This document shows, one piece after another, positions 1-7,195 of a stretch of DNA of 64,000 bases; the first letter of the stretch is position 1, and each line of letters begins with the position of its first letter. The stretch covers positions 2,193 to 66,192 of the forward strand of contig JACQKW010000014.1 of NCBI GenBank assembly GCA_016204385.1. The letters are read 5' to 3'. The position numbers and the translations under genes are program-made. The notes beneath the pieces were generated by a model that was not told the origin of the DNA, did not search any database, and was given only the letters and a program-made list of their open reading frames with translations. The stretch comes from Candidatus Liptonbacteria bacterium. GTDB lineage: Bacteria; Patescibacteriota; Minisyncoccia; UBA6257; 2-01-FULL-56-20.

Positions 1-1428
1 TGCATCGGGAACGTCCTTCACGTTATCCGGAATCGCCATCGCGTCCATGGTAATCTGATAATTTTTGGTATCCAACTCCCGCCACGGATAGCCTCTTTCG
101 TCGGCAATTCCCTTGTGGATCGGAAAGTACTCCTGCGCAAGCGTTTCATTGTAGGCGAAGGGCGAAAGCTCCATGGGATAAAACTCGCCGTAGCGATATG
201 TCCTGCCCTTCTTATCCGTATAGGGCACCCGTGTCATCTGTTCCTTAATTTTTGGCACAAGCTTCTCGTACTCTTCTTTGGAATACCGTTTGTTTAAAAT
301 GCAGTACTCCGAATTCTTTAGGCCGACGCAACCAAAGAGATCGTGGGAATTATGGCAGTTCATGACGTACTGCATATCCCGCACCTGATTCCAGCATTCA
401 TTCCCGAACTGGACGTTCGCAACTTGGATACCGCTGTTGATTTGTTCATACACAAGTTCTGCGGTCGCGCCCCAAAAGGAGTAATCCATCACATCTTTTG
501 CGTCCAAGATTGCGTAAAGATATTTTCCTTCCTCGACGTTTATTACTGTAAACGACCTTGAGACGTTTTTGGAATTCTCAATCCAGTTCCCGCTCATCCT
601 TGTGCTATGGTGGGTAATCAATGCGGGCACGATGAGATTCTTTCGAAATTCATCAAAGCGTGACTGCATCCCTTGGACGAAAATCGCGCTCCCCAAGCCG
701 TAGCCCGCGATAATCCTTTGGTATTCCTCCTTCGTGTAGGGCTTGTTGAAGATGTGATATTTCTTATTCCGCAGGTTCACACACCCAAAACAATTCTGGC
801 AGTTTACGCAGTTTACGAGAAACCACGAATCACTGCAGTTGTTCGATTCCTGCGAAAAAGCCACGTGGTAGCACTGGAAACAATCTATGCATTCGTAGCA
901 TCGTTCTGATTTCTGCACGTTGTAGCCATCCATACACTCTCTGGAATTATTCAGCCACACACCATAACGACAATATTCCGCGACGGTGGTGCCAAAAATA
1001 AGATAACAATTCCTCATGTCGGTTACGCGATTAGTGTATTCGCTCTCCACCTGATTTCCCTGTTTAATGACGCCCGGCCGCGGCACCTCTTTGAGGAGGC
1101 CGGCGAACTGTTCGAAGAATGGCTTCGAGAAATCGTACTCTCGACCATACTCGAGGGCACTCCACTTGTCCGATAACCAACATTGATAGCAGTACGCTTT
1201 GTAGGCAGCATCTGGTGCGTACATCAAAATTTTCATCTCGCCGCAAAGATCGCACTTTCGCTTGTAGAGTGCGCGCTCGTTGCGCCATACAAGGCGTCGA
1301 ATCAGCCGGCACTCGGGACACCACGTGGGTAGCGGGACATGAATTTGCTCATAAAAAGAAAAATCGTCCGGCTCGATCGTGAACTCTTGCTTGCAATTTT
1401 GGCAAACTCGTTGTTCAGCAGTGTTCAT
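1..1428 (-). CDS. Multi-zinc-ribbon Cys-repeat protein, paralog P1 (C-terminus runs off the window start)
   Basis: Absent from the ORF track because it is open at the window edge. My reverse translation from the ATG at 1428..1426 gives MNTAEQRVCQNCKQEFTIEPDDFSFYEQIHVPLPTWCPECRLIRRLVWRNERALYKRKCDLCGEMK...YGREYDFSKPFFEQF...CFGCVNLRNKKYHIFNKPYTKEEY...LFGCVGLKNSEYCILNKRYSKEEYEKLVPKI...YRYGEFYPMELSPFAYNE. This is colinear with the five other paralogs. Confidence 0.85.
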   Translation of the reverse strand, partial: MNTAEQRVCQNCKQEFTIEPDDFSFYEQIHVPLPTWCPECRLIRRLVWRNERALYKRKCDLCGEMKILMYAPDAAYKAYCYQCWLSDKWSALEYGREYDFSKPFFEQFAGLLKEVPRPGVIKQGNQVESEYTNRVTDMRNCYLIFGTTVAEYCRYGVWLNNSRECMDGYNVQKSERCYECIDCFQCYHVAFSQESNNCSDSWFLVNCVNCQNCFGCVNLRNKKYHIFNKPYTKEEYQRIIAGYGLGSAIFVQGMQSRFDEFRKNLIVPALITHHSTRMSGNWIENSKNVSRSFTVINVEEGKYLYAILDAKDVMDYSFWGATAELVYEQINSGIQVANVQFGNECWNQVRDMQYVMNCHNSHDLFGCVGLKNSEYCILNKRYSKEEYEKLVPKIKEQMTRVPYTDKKGRTYRYGEFYPMELSPFAYNETLAQEYFPIHKGIADERGYPWRELDTKNYQITMDAMAIPDNVKDVPDA

Positions 1429-1444
1429 AAGATTCTGGAATATT

Positions 1445-1466
1445 CCAACATTCTGCAGAATGTTGG
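1445..1466. repeat. Perfect 22-nt palindrome between paralogs P2 and P1 (possible hairpin or weak terminator)
   Basis: ccaacattctg/cagaatgttgg lies between the P2 stop (1474..1476) and the P1 ATG (1428). Confidence 0.6.
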
Positions 1467-1473
1467 AGTATCG

Positions 1474-3237
1474 TTATACGACCTCCGCATTATAGCAAGG
1501 TTCACAGTACACGATTTCCTTGCGGTCGGGGGCATACGAAGTTTTAAATTTATTCGGACAGCGACCTTCGGGATGATGCGGGTGAGTAACGGTATTCCGG
1601 TAAGCCAGATAATCGCACATACATTGCTGGTCGTAGAGTCGCCATGGGTTTTTCATGCGAAGCCGCTCATAATGCCGGCAGTTTGGGCAGAGCCGCGGCA
1701 GAGGGAAATTCTGAGTCCGGTAGAATTCGAGCTCCCGAGGCACGACCCGAAAAGCGGACGTGCATTGATCGAGGCACGTACCTTCGTGTGCACACCCAAT
1801 CGTCTTTTCTAATATCCCGTCCCTCGATTCACGAATGTGATCAGATACTTCCTTTGGTTTTACATCAATTGCCGGACTTTTCGCTTCCGGATCGCGCCAG
1901 TTGTATCCCCTTTTCAATATCTCATCCTTCGAGAGGGGGCGGTACTCTTGGGCAACGCTTTGGTTGTATGCGAAAGGACTCAGCTCTATCGGAAAAAATT
2001 CACCATATCGGTAGACTCGTCCCGCTTTACCCTCGTAGGGCATTTCATTCATATGCTTGATGATGCGCGGAACGAGTACTTCGTACTCTTCTTTTGAATA
2101 CGGTTTGTTGAGGATACAGTAGTGTCCATCCTTCATGCCAAAACAGCCGAAGAGATTAGCGGAACTCTTGCACCAGCCCGCATAGGTACAATCTTGAAGG
2201 GCACCGAACGATGCGATTGAAAACTTAAGATTCCGCTCACCCGCCCCCCCACTCACATACTCATACATCAGTTCAGAGCCGACGCCGGTATTGCTTACAT
2301 CCATGGCATCTTTGAGCTGCAAAACACGCTGCCCGTAGCTTACATCTTCAAGATCGTACCCCTCAAAACATTCCCTAACATTCTTCACATTCGCCAATGC
2401 GTCGCCCGTAGCGTTGGCAGACTTCACAATATCTGCATATTTGTGGAGTGCCTTTACGCGCATTTCTTCAAATTCCCCACGCAAGGAATCGAGTGCCGCG
2501 AGGCTTCCGGTATTGATCTTCTTCAATTCTTCTCGATATGCCTCCTTCGTCAATTGCCTGTTGCGAAAGACAAATTCTTTGTTCCGGAGATTCGAGCTCA
2601 TGAAACAATTTCTGGCATTGTGGCAGTCAAAAAGAAACAAGGAGTCGAGGCAAGAACGAACGATCACTGAGTAGTGGGCGTTGTAGTTCTTATCACCATA
2701 GACAATCCATGAGCACTTCTCGGAATCGGTGACGTTGAGACAATCAAAAAGTTGGTGAGATCGGTCAATGTTTTTTGAATAAAAGACTTCTTCGCCAATT
2801 ACCATCGAAAACGAGAGATAACAATCTTTCGCATCACGAATGATGTTCGAATAGGGCGAATTCACGCAGTTTAATTGCCAGAGATTTAATCGTGGCACCT
2901 GATCGAATAGTTCCTTAAATTGCAGGAAGAATGGTTTCGAGAAATCGTAGGACCTCCCGTAGCTCAACGGATTCCAAGCATCCGAAAACCAGCAGTCATG
3001 GCAAAAAACAGGAAACGGGTTTGAGGGATGGTAGCCGGAGAATATATCTCGCTTGCAGTTGGCACATTTCGTTTTAAAGAGGAGTCGCTCGTTCCGCCAC
3101 GCATATCGCCTTTGGAGACGGCACGCTGGACAGAATGTGGGCGGCGGGACATCTATTTTTTTATAAAAATCGAAATCTTGAGCGTCTATAACAAAAGACG
3201 CTTTGCAATTTTGACAAACTTTTATTTCAGCTTCCAT
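1474..3237 (-). CDS. Multi-zinc-ribbon Cys-repeat protein, paralog P2
   Basis: ORF track 1474..3360. I trimmed the start to the ATG at 3237 (MEAEIKVCQNCKASF...) because all paralogs begin 4-17 aa before the CQNC motif and the longer ORF would overlap the upstream gene ending at 3251. The C-terminus EIVYCEPCYNAEVV is typical of the family. Confidence 0.9.
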   Translation of the reverse strand: MEAEIKVCQNCKASFVIDAQDFDFYKKIDVPPPTFCPACRLQRRYAWRNERLLFKTKCANCKRDIFSGYHPSNPFPVFCHDCWFSDAWNPLSYGRSYDFSKPFFLQFKELFDQVPRLNLWQLNCVNSPYSNIIRDAKDCYLSFSMVIGEEVFYSKNIDRSHQLFDCLNVTDSEKCSWIVYGDKNYNAHYSVIVRSCLDSLFLFDCHNARNCFMSSNLRNKEFVFRNRQLTKEAYREELKKINTGSLAALDSLRGEFEEMRVKALHKYADIVKSANATGDALANVKNVRECFEGYDLEDVSYGQRVLQLKDAMDVSNTGVGSELMYEYVSGGAGERNLKFSIASFGALQDCTYAGWCKSSANLFGCFGMKDGHYCILNKPYSKEEYEVLVPRIIKHMNEMPYEGKAGRVYRYGEFFPIELSPFAYNQSVAQEYRPLSKDEILKRGYNWRDPEAKSPAIDVKPKEVSDHIRESRDGILEKTIGCAHEGTCLDQCTSAFRVVPRELEFYRTQNFPLPRLCPNCRHYERLRMKNPWRLYDQQCMCDYLAYRNTVTHPHHPEGRCPNKFKTSYAPDRKEIVYCEPCYNAEVV

Positions 3238-3250
3238 AGGATTTATCTCG

Positions 3251-3544
3251 TTATGATTGTAGTTTTTCCTTAATGCGGCGGGCTTCGTCCTCGATGACCT
3301 CGCCGTCATAGTCGCCGCTGTGGGCGGTCTCCCGGCCATAGGATGGCCTCTTTTGGTCAAGATGGAGACTGAAAAGAAACATGTCCCCCGTTTCTTTGAG
3401 GTAGAGGTGGAACCGCGGGTAATCGGCGCCCAAGGGGCGCACGCAGTTCATTTCTCCGTCGGGCGTGTAGCCCAAGGGCCTATACCCGAGCTCACGGGCG
3501 ACGTTTGCGATATTTAAGCTTCTTACCGGAAGTTCGAATTTCAT
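3251..3544 (-). CDS. Hypothetical protein (97 aa)
   Basis: ATG-initiated ORF packed between paralog P2 and the next small gene. Product MKFELPVRSLNIANVARELGYRPLGY...PRFHLYLKETGDMFLFSLHLDQKRPSY...; I do not recognise a family. Confidence 0.6.
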   Translation of the reverse strand: MKFELPVRSLNIANVARELGYRPLGYTPDGEMNCVRPLGADYPRFHLYLKETGDMFLFSLHLDQKRPSYGRETAHSGDYDGEVIEDEARRIKEKLQS

Positions 3545-3579
3545 GTCGGTTTAGACCACAATCATAAATCTAACTTCGC

Positions 3580-3849
3580 CTAGAGCGCCCGGTAGAGTTC
3601 AAGTACGTCGCCCGGGGCCTCTCCCGCGTAAAACCTCGCGGTTTCCTCGCGCAGTCCCAAAAGCATTCTCGTCCTTTCTCGCCATTTCGGATCCGAGATC
3701 ATAAAATCAATGAGCGCGAGTGTCCGTTCAAGGGCGCCTAAGAAATTTTCTTTGTCTTCCTTCTGCCATCGCGACGCGCGCATAAGTTCGGCGCCAACCA
3801 TAAGAAGCTGCTCACTTTCTGAAAAACCCTGCACGCGGATCGCGTCCAT
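3580..3849 (-). CDS. Hypothetical protein (89 aa)
   Basis: The ORF-track start at 3852 is a TTG. The ATG at 3849 overlaps the upstream stop by 1 nt (TTGATG), suggesting translational coupling. Confidence 0.55.
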   Translation of the reverse strand: MDAIRVQGFSESEQLLMVGAELMRASRWQKEDKENFLGALERTLALIDFMISDPKWRERTRMLLGLREETARFYAGEAPGDVLELYRAL

Positions 3850-4151
3850 CAAAAAAGCAATTGCCTGACTACGAATTCCACGGCCTTTTTTACTTCAGGC
3901 TTTTGGATTTCCATTGTCCGGTTGCCCACCTCGGGCCGGATGTTCACAAGCGAGATAAAATCTATTTTTTTGGTTTTGGGATAGATGTTCGCGCCCCACA
4001 AATTTTTGTACACGGAACCATTGTCTAAAAGCTCCTGCGCGCAATCCATGTGCAACTCACAACCGAGCGCCAATATATTGCGATTAATATCAACAACTAC
4101 CTTGACGAACGACTCCGACGCATCGAGAACTGTTTTTGCTTTTACGATCAT
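3849..4151 (-). CDS. Hypothetical protein (100 aa)
   Basis: ATG ORF MIVKAKTVLDASESFVKVVVDINRNILALGCELHMDCAQELL.... It is the first gene of a three-gene mini-operon embedded in the paralog array. Confidence 0.6.
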   Translation of the reverse strand: MIVKAKTVLDASESFVKVVVDINRNILALGCELHMDCAQELLDNGSVYKNLWGANIYPKTKKIDFISLVNIRPEVGNRTMEIQKPEVKKAVEFVVRQLLF

Positions 4152-4156
4152 GGGAT

Positions 4157-4270
4157 TTACACTACCTCCGCATTATAACAGGGTTCGCCCCGCACCAAAT
4201 TCCGACAGTTGCTCTTGCTCATGCACGATTCCCTTCGGTATCGCCTCCGGCTCTGTTTCTTGATGCTCAT
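4157..4270 (-). pseudogene. Fossil 3' end of a seventh Cys-repeat paralog
   Basis: The reverse strand reads MSIKKQSRRRYRRESCMSKSNCRNLVRGEPCYNAEVV*. The last 9 codons match the family C-terminus (P2: EIVYCEPCYNAEVV*), and gaaccctgttataatgcggaggtagtgtaa is close to the P2 3' end gaaccttgctataatgcggaggtcgtataa. Confidence 0.6.
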
Positions 4271-4312
4271 AGTCTATGCAAAGAATTGGTGCGGGACTTC
4301 AGCTGCTTTTCT

Positions 4313-6001
4313 TCATACGACTTCACTATTGTAGCAGCTTTCGCAGTAGACGACTGGAAATTCTTCCTTTGTGTATACGCTTGGAATTGATCTCCCACAA
4401 TTTCCACACTCTCGATTTTGAACTTTTCGGTGCTTCGCAATAAATAATAATCTTTTCTGGTGTCGCTCAAACGGAGTCAACCGTGGAATCGGCAGGTTAA
4501 AGCGCCGGTAGAATGTGAGTTCCATCGGGATTATGCGATAGGGTTTCCCCGAAGCTTCGCTCTTCAGAACTTTTTCTAAAATACCATCGTTGACGTCTTT
4601 GACATCATCGGGAATCGCATAATCAGAAAATGCATAGGCGGTTTCAGATTCGTATTCGTTCCAATTCAGTCCTTTCTCAAAAACCTGTTTTTTATCGAGC
4701 GGGAAATATTCATTGGCAACCGTTTCATTGTACCCATAAGGAGAGAGTTCCGGCGGGAAGAATTCCCCATATTTATAAACTCGCTCTCGCTTGTCGAGGT
4801 AAGGAGTTGCCGCCATGTGCTTGAGAATCTTTACCATTAAAATCTCATACTCATTTTTTGTGTACTGCTTGTTCAAAATAACATGATTCTTATTTCTCAA
4901 ACTGATGCAACCAAAACAGTTGTGACAATTCAAGAGAAATTCGGAGTATTCTATATCGGATCCTTGCCGCGGAACGCCCATGGAAAAATGGATACGCGAA
5001 AGCTGTTCCGAACCACCCCACACTTCGTACAGCTGTTCGGCTCCCCACACAGATGTCGCATCGTATGAATCTTTGACCTGCAGCGTCAAGAAAATATATC
5101 TAGAATCTTCGGTTTTCTCTGCCATCACACACTCACGACAATTCTTCGACTCTTTGAGAAAATTACCTCTCGAGTTCACTGACTTTTGATCAATAAAAAC
5201 GGCTCGCTGCGGCTTGCTTCTCCAAAATTTGTAAGCCTGCTCACTAATTGCGGTAAGTTTTGCCCGCGAACCAGATGTATTTTCGCTGATAAACGCCTGA
5301 AACTTTTCTTTAGAAACCGGCTCATTAAAAATGTGGTACTGCCTATGCCGCAGGCCGGTACAACCAAAAATATTTGAGCAATCGCGGCAGTCAAAAGAAA
5401 AATATGTGTCGCGGCAATCAAAGCAGAACGTTGAATAAAAAATCTTATAGCATTTCTCGGAGAGGATGCTTTCGTAGGCAAATTGGCTGTCCATTGTCCA
5501 GTAGTTGTCAAAACAATCTTTTCCTCGAAGGACGTACTGATTGTACGCAGAGTCCTCGTTCTTGTGGCCGCCGACATTCAAATAGCAATTTTTGTCATCG
5601 AGTTCATAATTGACCCACGGGCTGTTCACGACGTTCTGCTGGAAAAGAGATAAGCGCGGGACCTTAAGCTGTAAATCCCTCCATTGCGCAAAAAATGGTC
5701 GCGAAAAATCATAGTCGCGGCCATATGCAAGAGAATCCCATTTGTCAGAGTAATAACAAGTCGGACAGTAAACTGTAAATGGTTTATCCGGCGAGTACAC
5801 CGCAATGATGTCATCACGACATAAATCACATTTCCTTTTGTACAAAGAGCGTTCGTTTCGAAAAGCTAACCGTCTTTGAAGCCGGCACTCCGGACACCAT
5901 GTGGGAGGCGGGACCTTGATTTTCTCGTAGAACTGAAAGTCGTCCGGCTCGATCGTGAACTCACACTTACAGTTCTGGCAAACTTTGGTTTCTGATTTCA
6001 T
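4313..6001 (-). CDS. Multi-zinc-ribbon Cys-repeat protein, paralog P3
   Basis: 562-aa ORF, MKSETKVCQNCKCEFTIEPDDFQFYEKIKVPPPTWCPECRLQRRLAFRNERSLYKRKCDLC...VVYCESCYNSEVV. Confidence 0.9.
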   Translation of the reverse strand: MKSETKVCQNCKCEFTIEPDDFQFYEKIKVPPPTWCPECRLQRRLAFRNERSLYKRKCDLCRDDIIAVYSPDKPFTVYCPTCYYSDKWDSLAYGRDYDFSRPFFAQWRDLQLKVPRLSLFQQNVVNSPWVNYELDDKNCYLNVGGHKNEDSAYNQYVLRGKDCFDNYWTMDSQFAYESILSEKCYKIFYSTFCFDCRDTYFSFDCRDCSNIFGCTGLRHRQYHIFNEPVSKEKFQAFISENTSGSRAKLTAISEQAYKFWRSKPQRAVFIDQKSVNSRGNFLKESKNCRECVMAEKTEDSRYIFLTLQVKDSYDATSVWGAEQLYEVWGGSEQLSRIHFSMGVPRQGSDIEYSEFLLNCHNCFGCISLRNKNHVILNKQYTKNEYEILMVKILKHMAATPYLDKRERVYKYGEFFPPELSPYGYNETVANEYFPLDKKQVFEKGLNWNEYESETAYAFSDYAIPDDVKDVNDGILEKVLKSEASGKPYRIIPMELTFYRRFNLPIPRLTPFERHQKRLLFIAKHRKVQNRECGNCGRSIPSVYTKEEFPVVYCESCYNSEVV

Positions 6002-6055
6002 ATTGCTCTCATTTTCCTATTCGCGCGAATTAGAAAGTATGAAAATAGTACTGCA

Positions 6056-7162
6056 TTAATTTCTTTGCGGGTTGGTGCGTTTCAAAGCTTCGATCCCAGG
6101 CAGTTTTTCACCTGATAAAAACTGTAACATTGCTCCGCCGCCGGTCGAGATAAAGCTGAATTTCCTGTCGAGGCCGTATTTCTTGAGGAACATCACCGTC
6201 TCGCCGCCGCCTACGACCGTAAATGCTTTCCGGTTCCGCACGATCGCCCGCGCAAGCGCAAGGGTGCCCTTCCTGTACCTCCCATCTTCAATAAACCCCA
6301 TCGGCCCGTTCCAGATGACGGTTCTCGCGCGCGCGAGATACTTCGAAAAATGCCGCACAGTTTTCTGCCCAACATCGAGTATCTTCTTCTCGCGAACAAG
6401 GTAGTCAATCGGGAGTATTACATTCTTAAATTTAATAATCTCGCGGATGGCCATCCCCGGATGAGGATCGACTACGGAGTCCCCGATATTGATGCCCAAG
6501 ATCCTTAAAATCGTGTTCGCGGGCGCGCCGCCCACGAGAAACGTGTCCGCCTTTCCTTTAAAAAACCTCATCACCTTGAGCTTGTCATGCGCTTTTCCTC
6601 CGCCGAAGACCATCACAAGCGGACGGCGAGGGCGGCGCATCACGCGCGAGAGATGTTCTATCTCCCGTTCAAATTCGAGGCCTCCGTAACTCGGAAGGTA
6701 TCTCGTAATCGCATCAACCGATGCGTCGTCGCGGTGCGATGCAGCGAATGCATCATTTATATAATAGTCCCCCAGGGAGGCAAGCTGTCTTGCGAGCTTG
6801 GGATTATTGTCATACTCCCCTTTCAAGAATCTGATGTTCTCGAGCACGAATACCGACTCCGGCGCCGCGAGCGCGACCATTCGATTAATCTCGCTAAATC
6901 GAAAATGAGGGATGAATTGAACTTTTCTTTTGAGGATGCCGCCTAGAGCTTTCGCGTCGTTCCGCAAACTCAATGCGCGCTTTTTCCCCTTCGGACGGCC
7001 CCGATGGCTTACGATGACGATCTTCGCCTTTACATGAAGAAGCAGACGGAGCGTGGGGACGACCGACTCCATCCGCCATTTGTCTTCGGTATTAAAATCA
7101 AGCCGTAGGACCGCGGCGCCATGAAGACGGTTTTTTGATATCGCGCGGAGGTATCGCATCAT
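6056..7162 (-). CDS. pgk: Phosphoglycerate kinase (short form, 368 aa)
   Basis: N-terminal RLDFNTED..., IVSHRGRPKG, and C-terminal FSFISTGGGAMLQFLSGEKLPGIEAL are typical PGK signatures. Confidence 0.9.
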   Translation of the reverse strand: MMRYLRAISKNRLHGAAVLRLDFNTEDKWRMESVVPTLRLLLHVKAKIVIVSHRGRPKGKKRALSLRNDAKALGGILKRKVQFIPHFRFSEINRMVALAAPESVFVLENIRFLKGEYDNNPKLARQLASLGDYYINDAFAASHRDDASVDAITRYLPSYGGLEFEREIEHLSRVMRRPRRPLVMVFGGGKAHDKLKVMRFFKGKADTFLVGGAPANTILRILGINIGDSVVDPHPGMAIREIIKFKNVILPIDYLVREKKILDVGQKTVRHFSKYLARARTVIWNGPMGFIEDGRYRKGTLALARAIVRNRKAFTVVGGGETVMFLKKYGLDRKFSFISTGGGAMLQFLSGEKLPGIEALKRTNPQRN

Positions 7163-7195
7163 CGCGGCAAAAAAAATGATCTAAATTTTGACATA

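Noticed and set aside
3238-3360. N-terminal extensions offered by the ORF track. Affected genes: P2 (to 3360), PBP2 (to 13742), proS (to 17271), rplU (to 10504), the pilin (to 24851), the minor pilin (to 26840), the DUF4382-like gene (to 32595) and dnaX (from 21817).
   Set aside because: Homology or family motifs start at internal ATGs, which usually give ATGA or TAATG coupling with the upstream gene. The extensions overlap neighbouring genes and have atypical composition.
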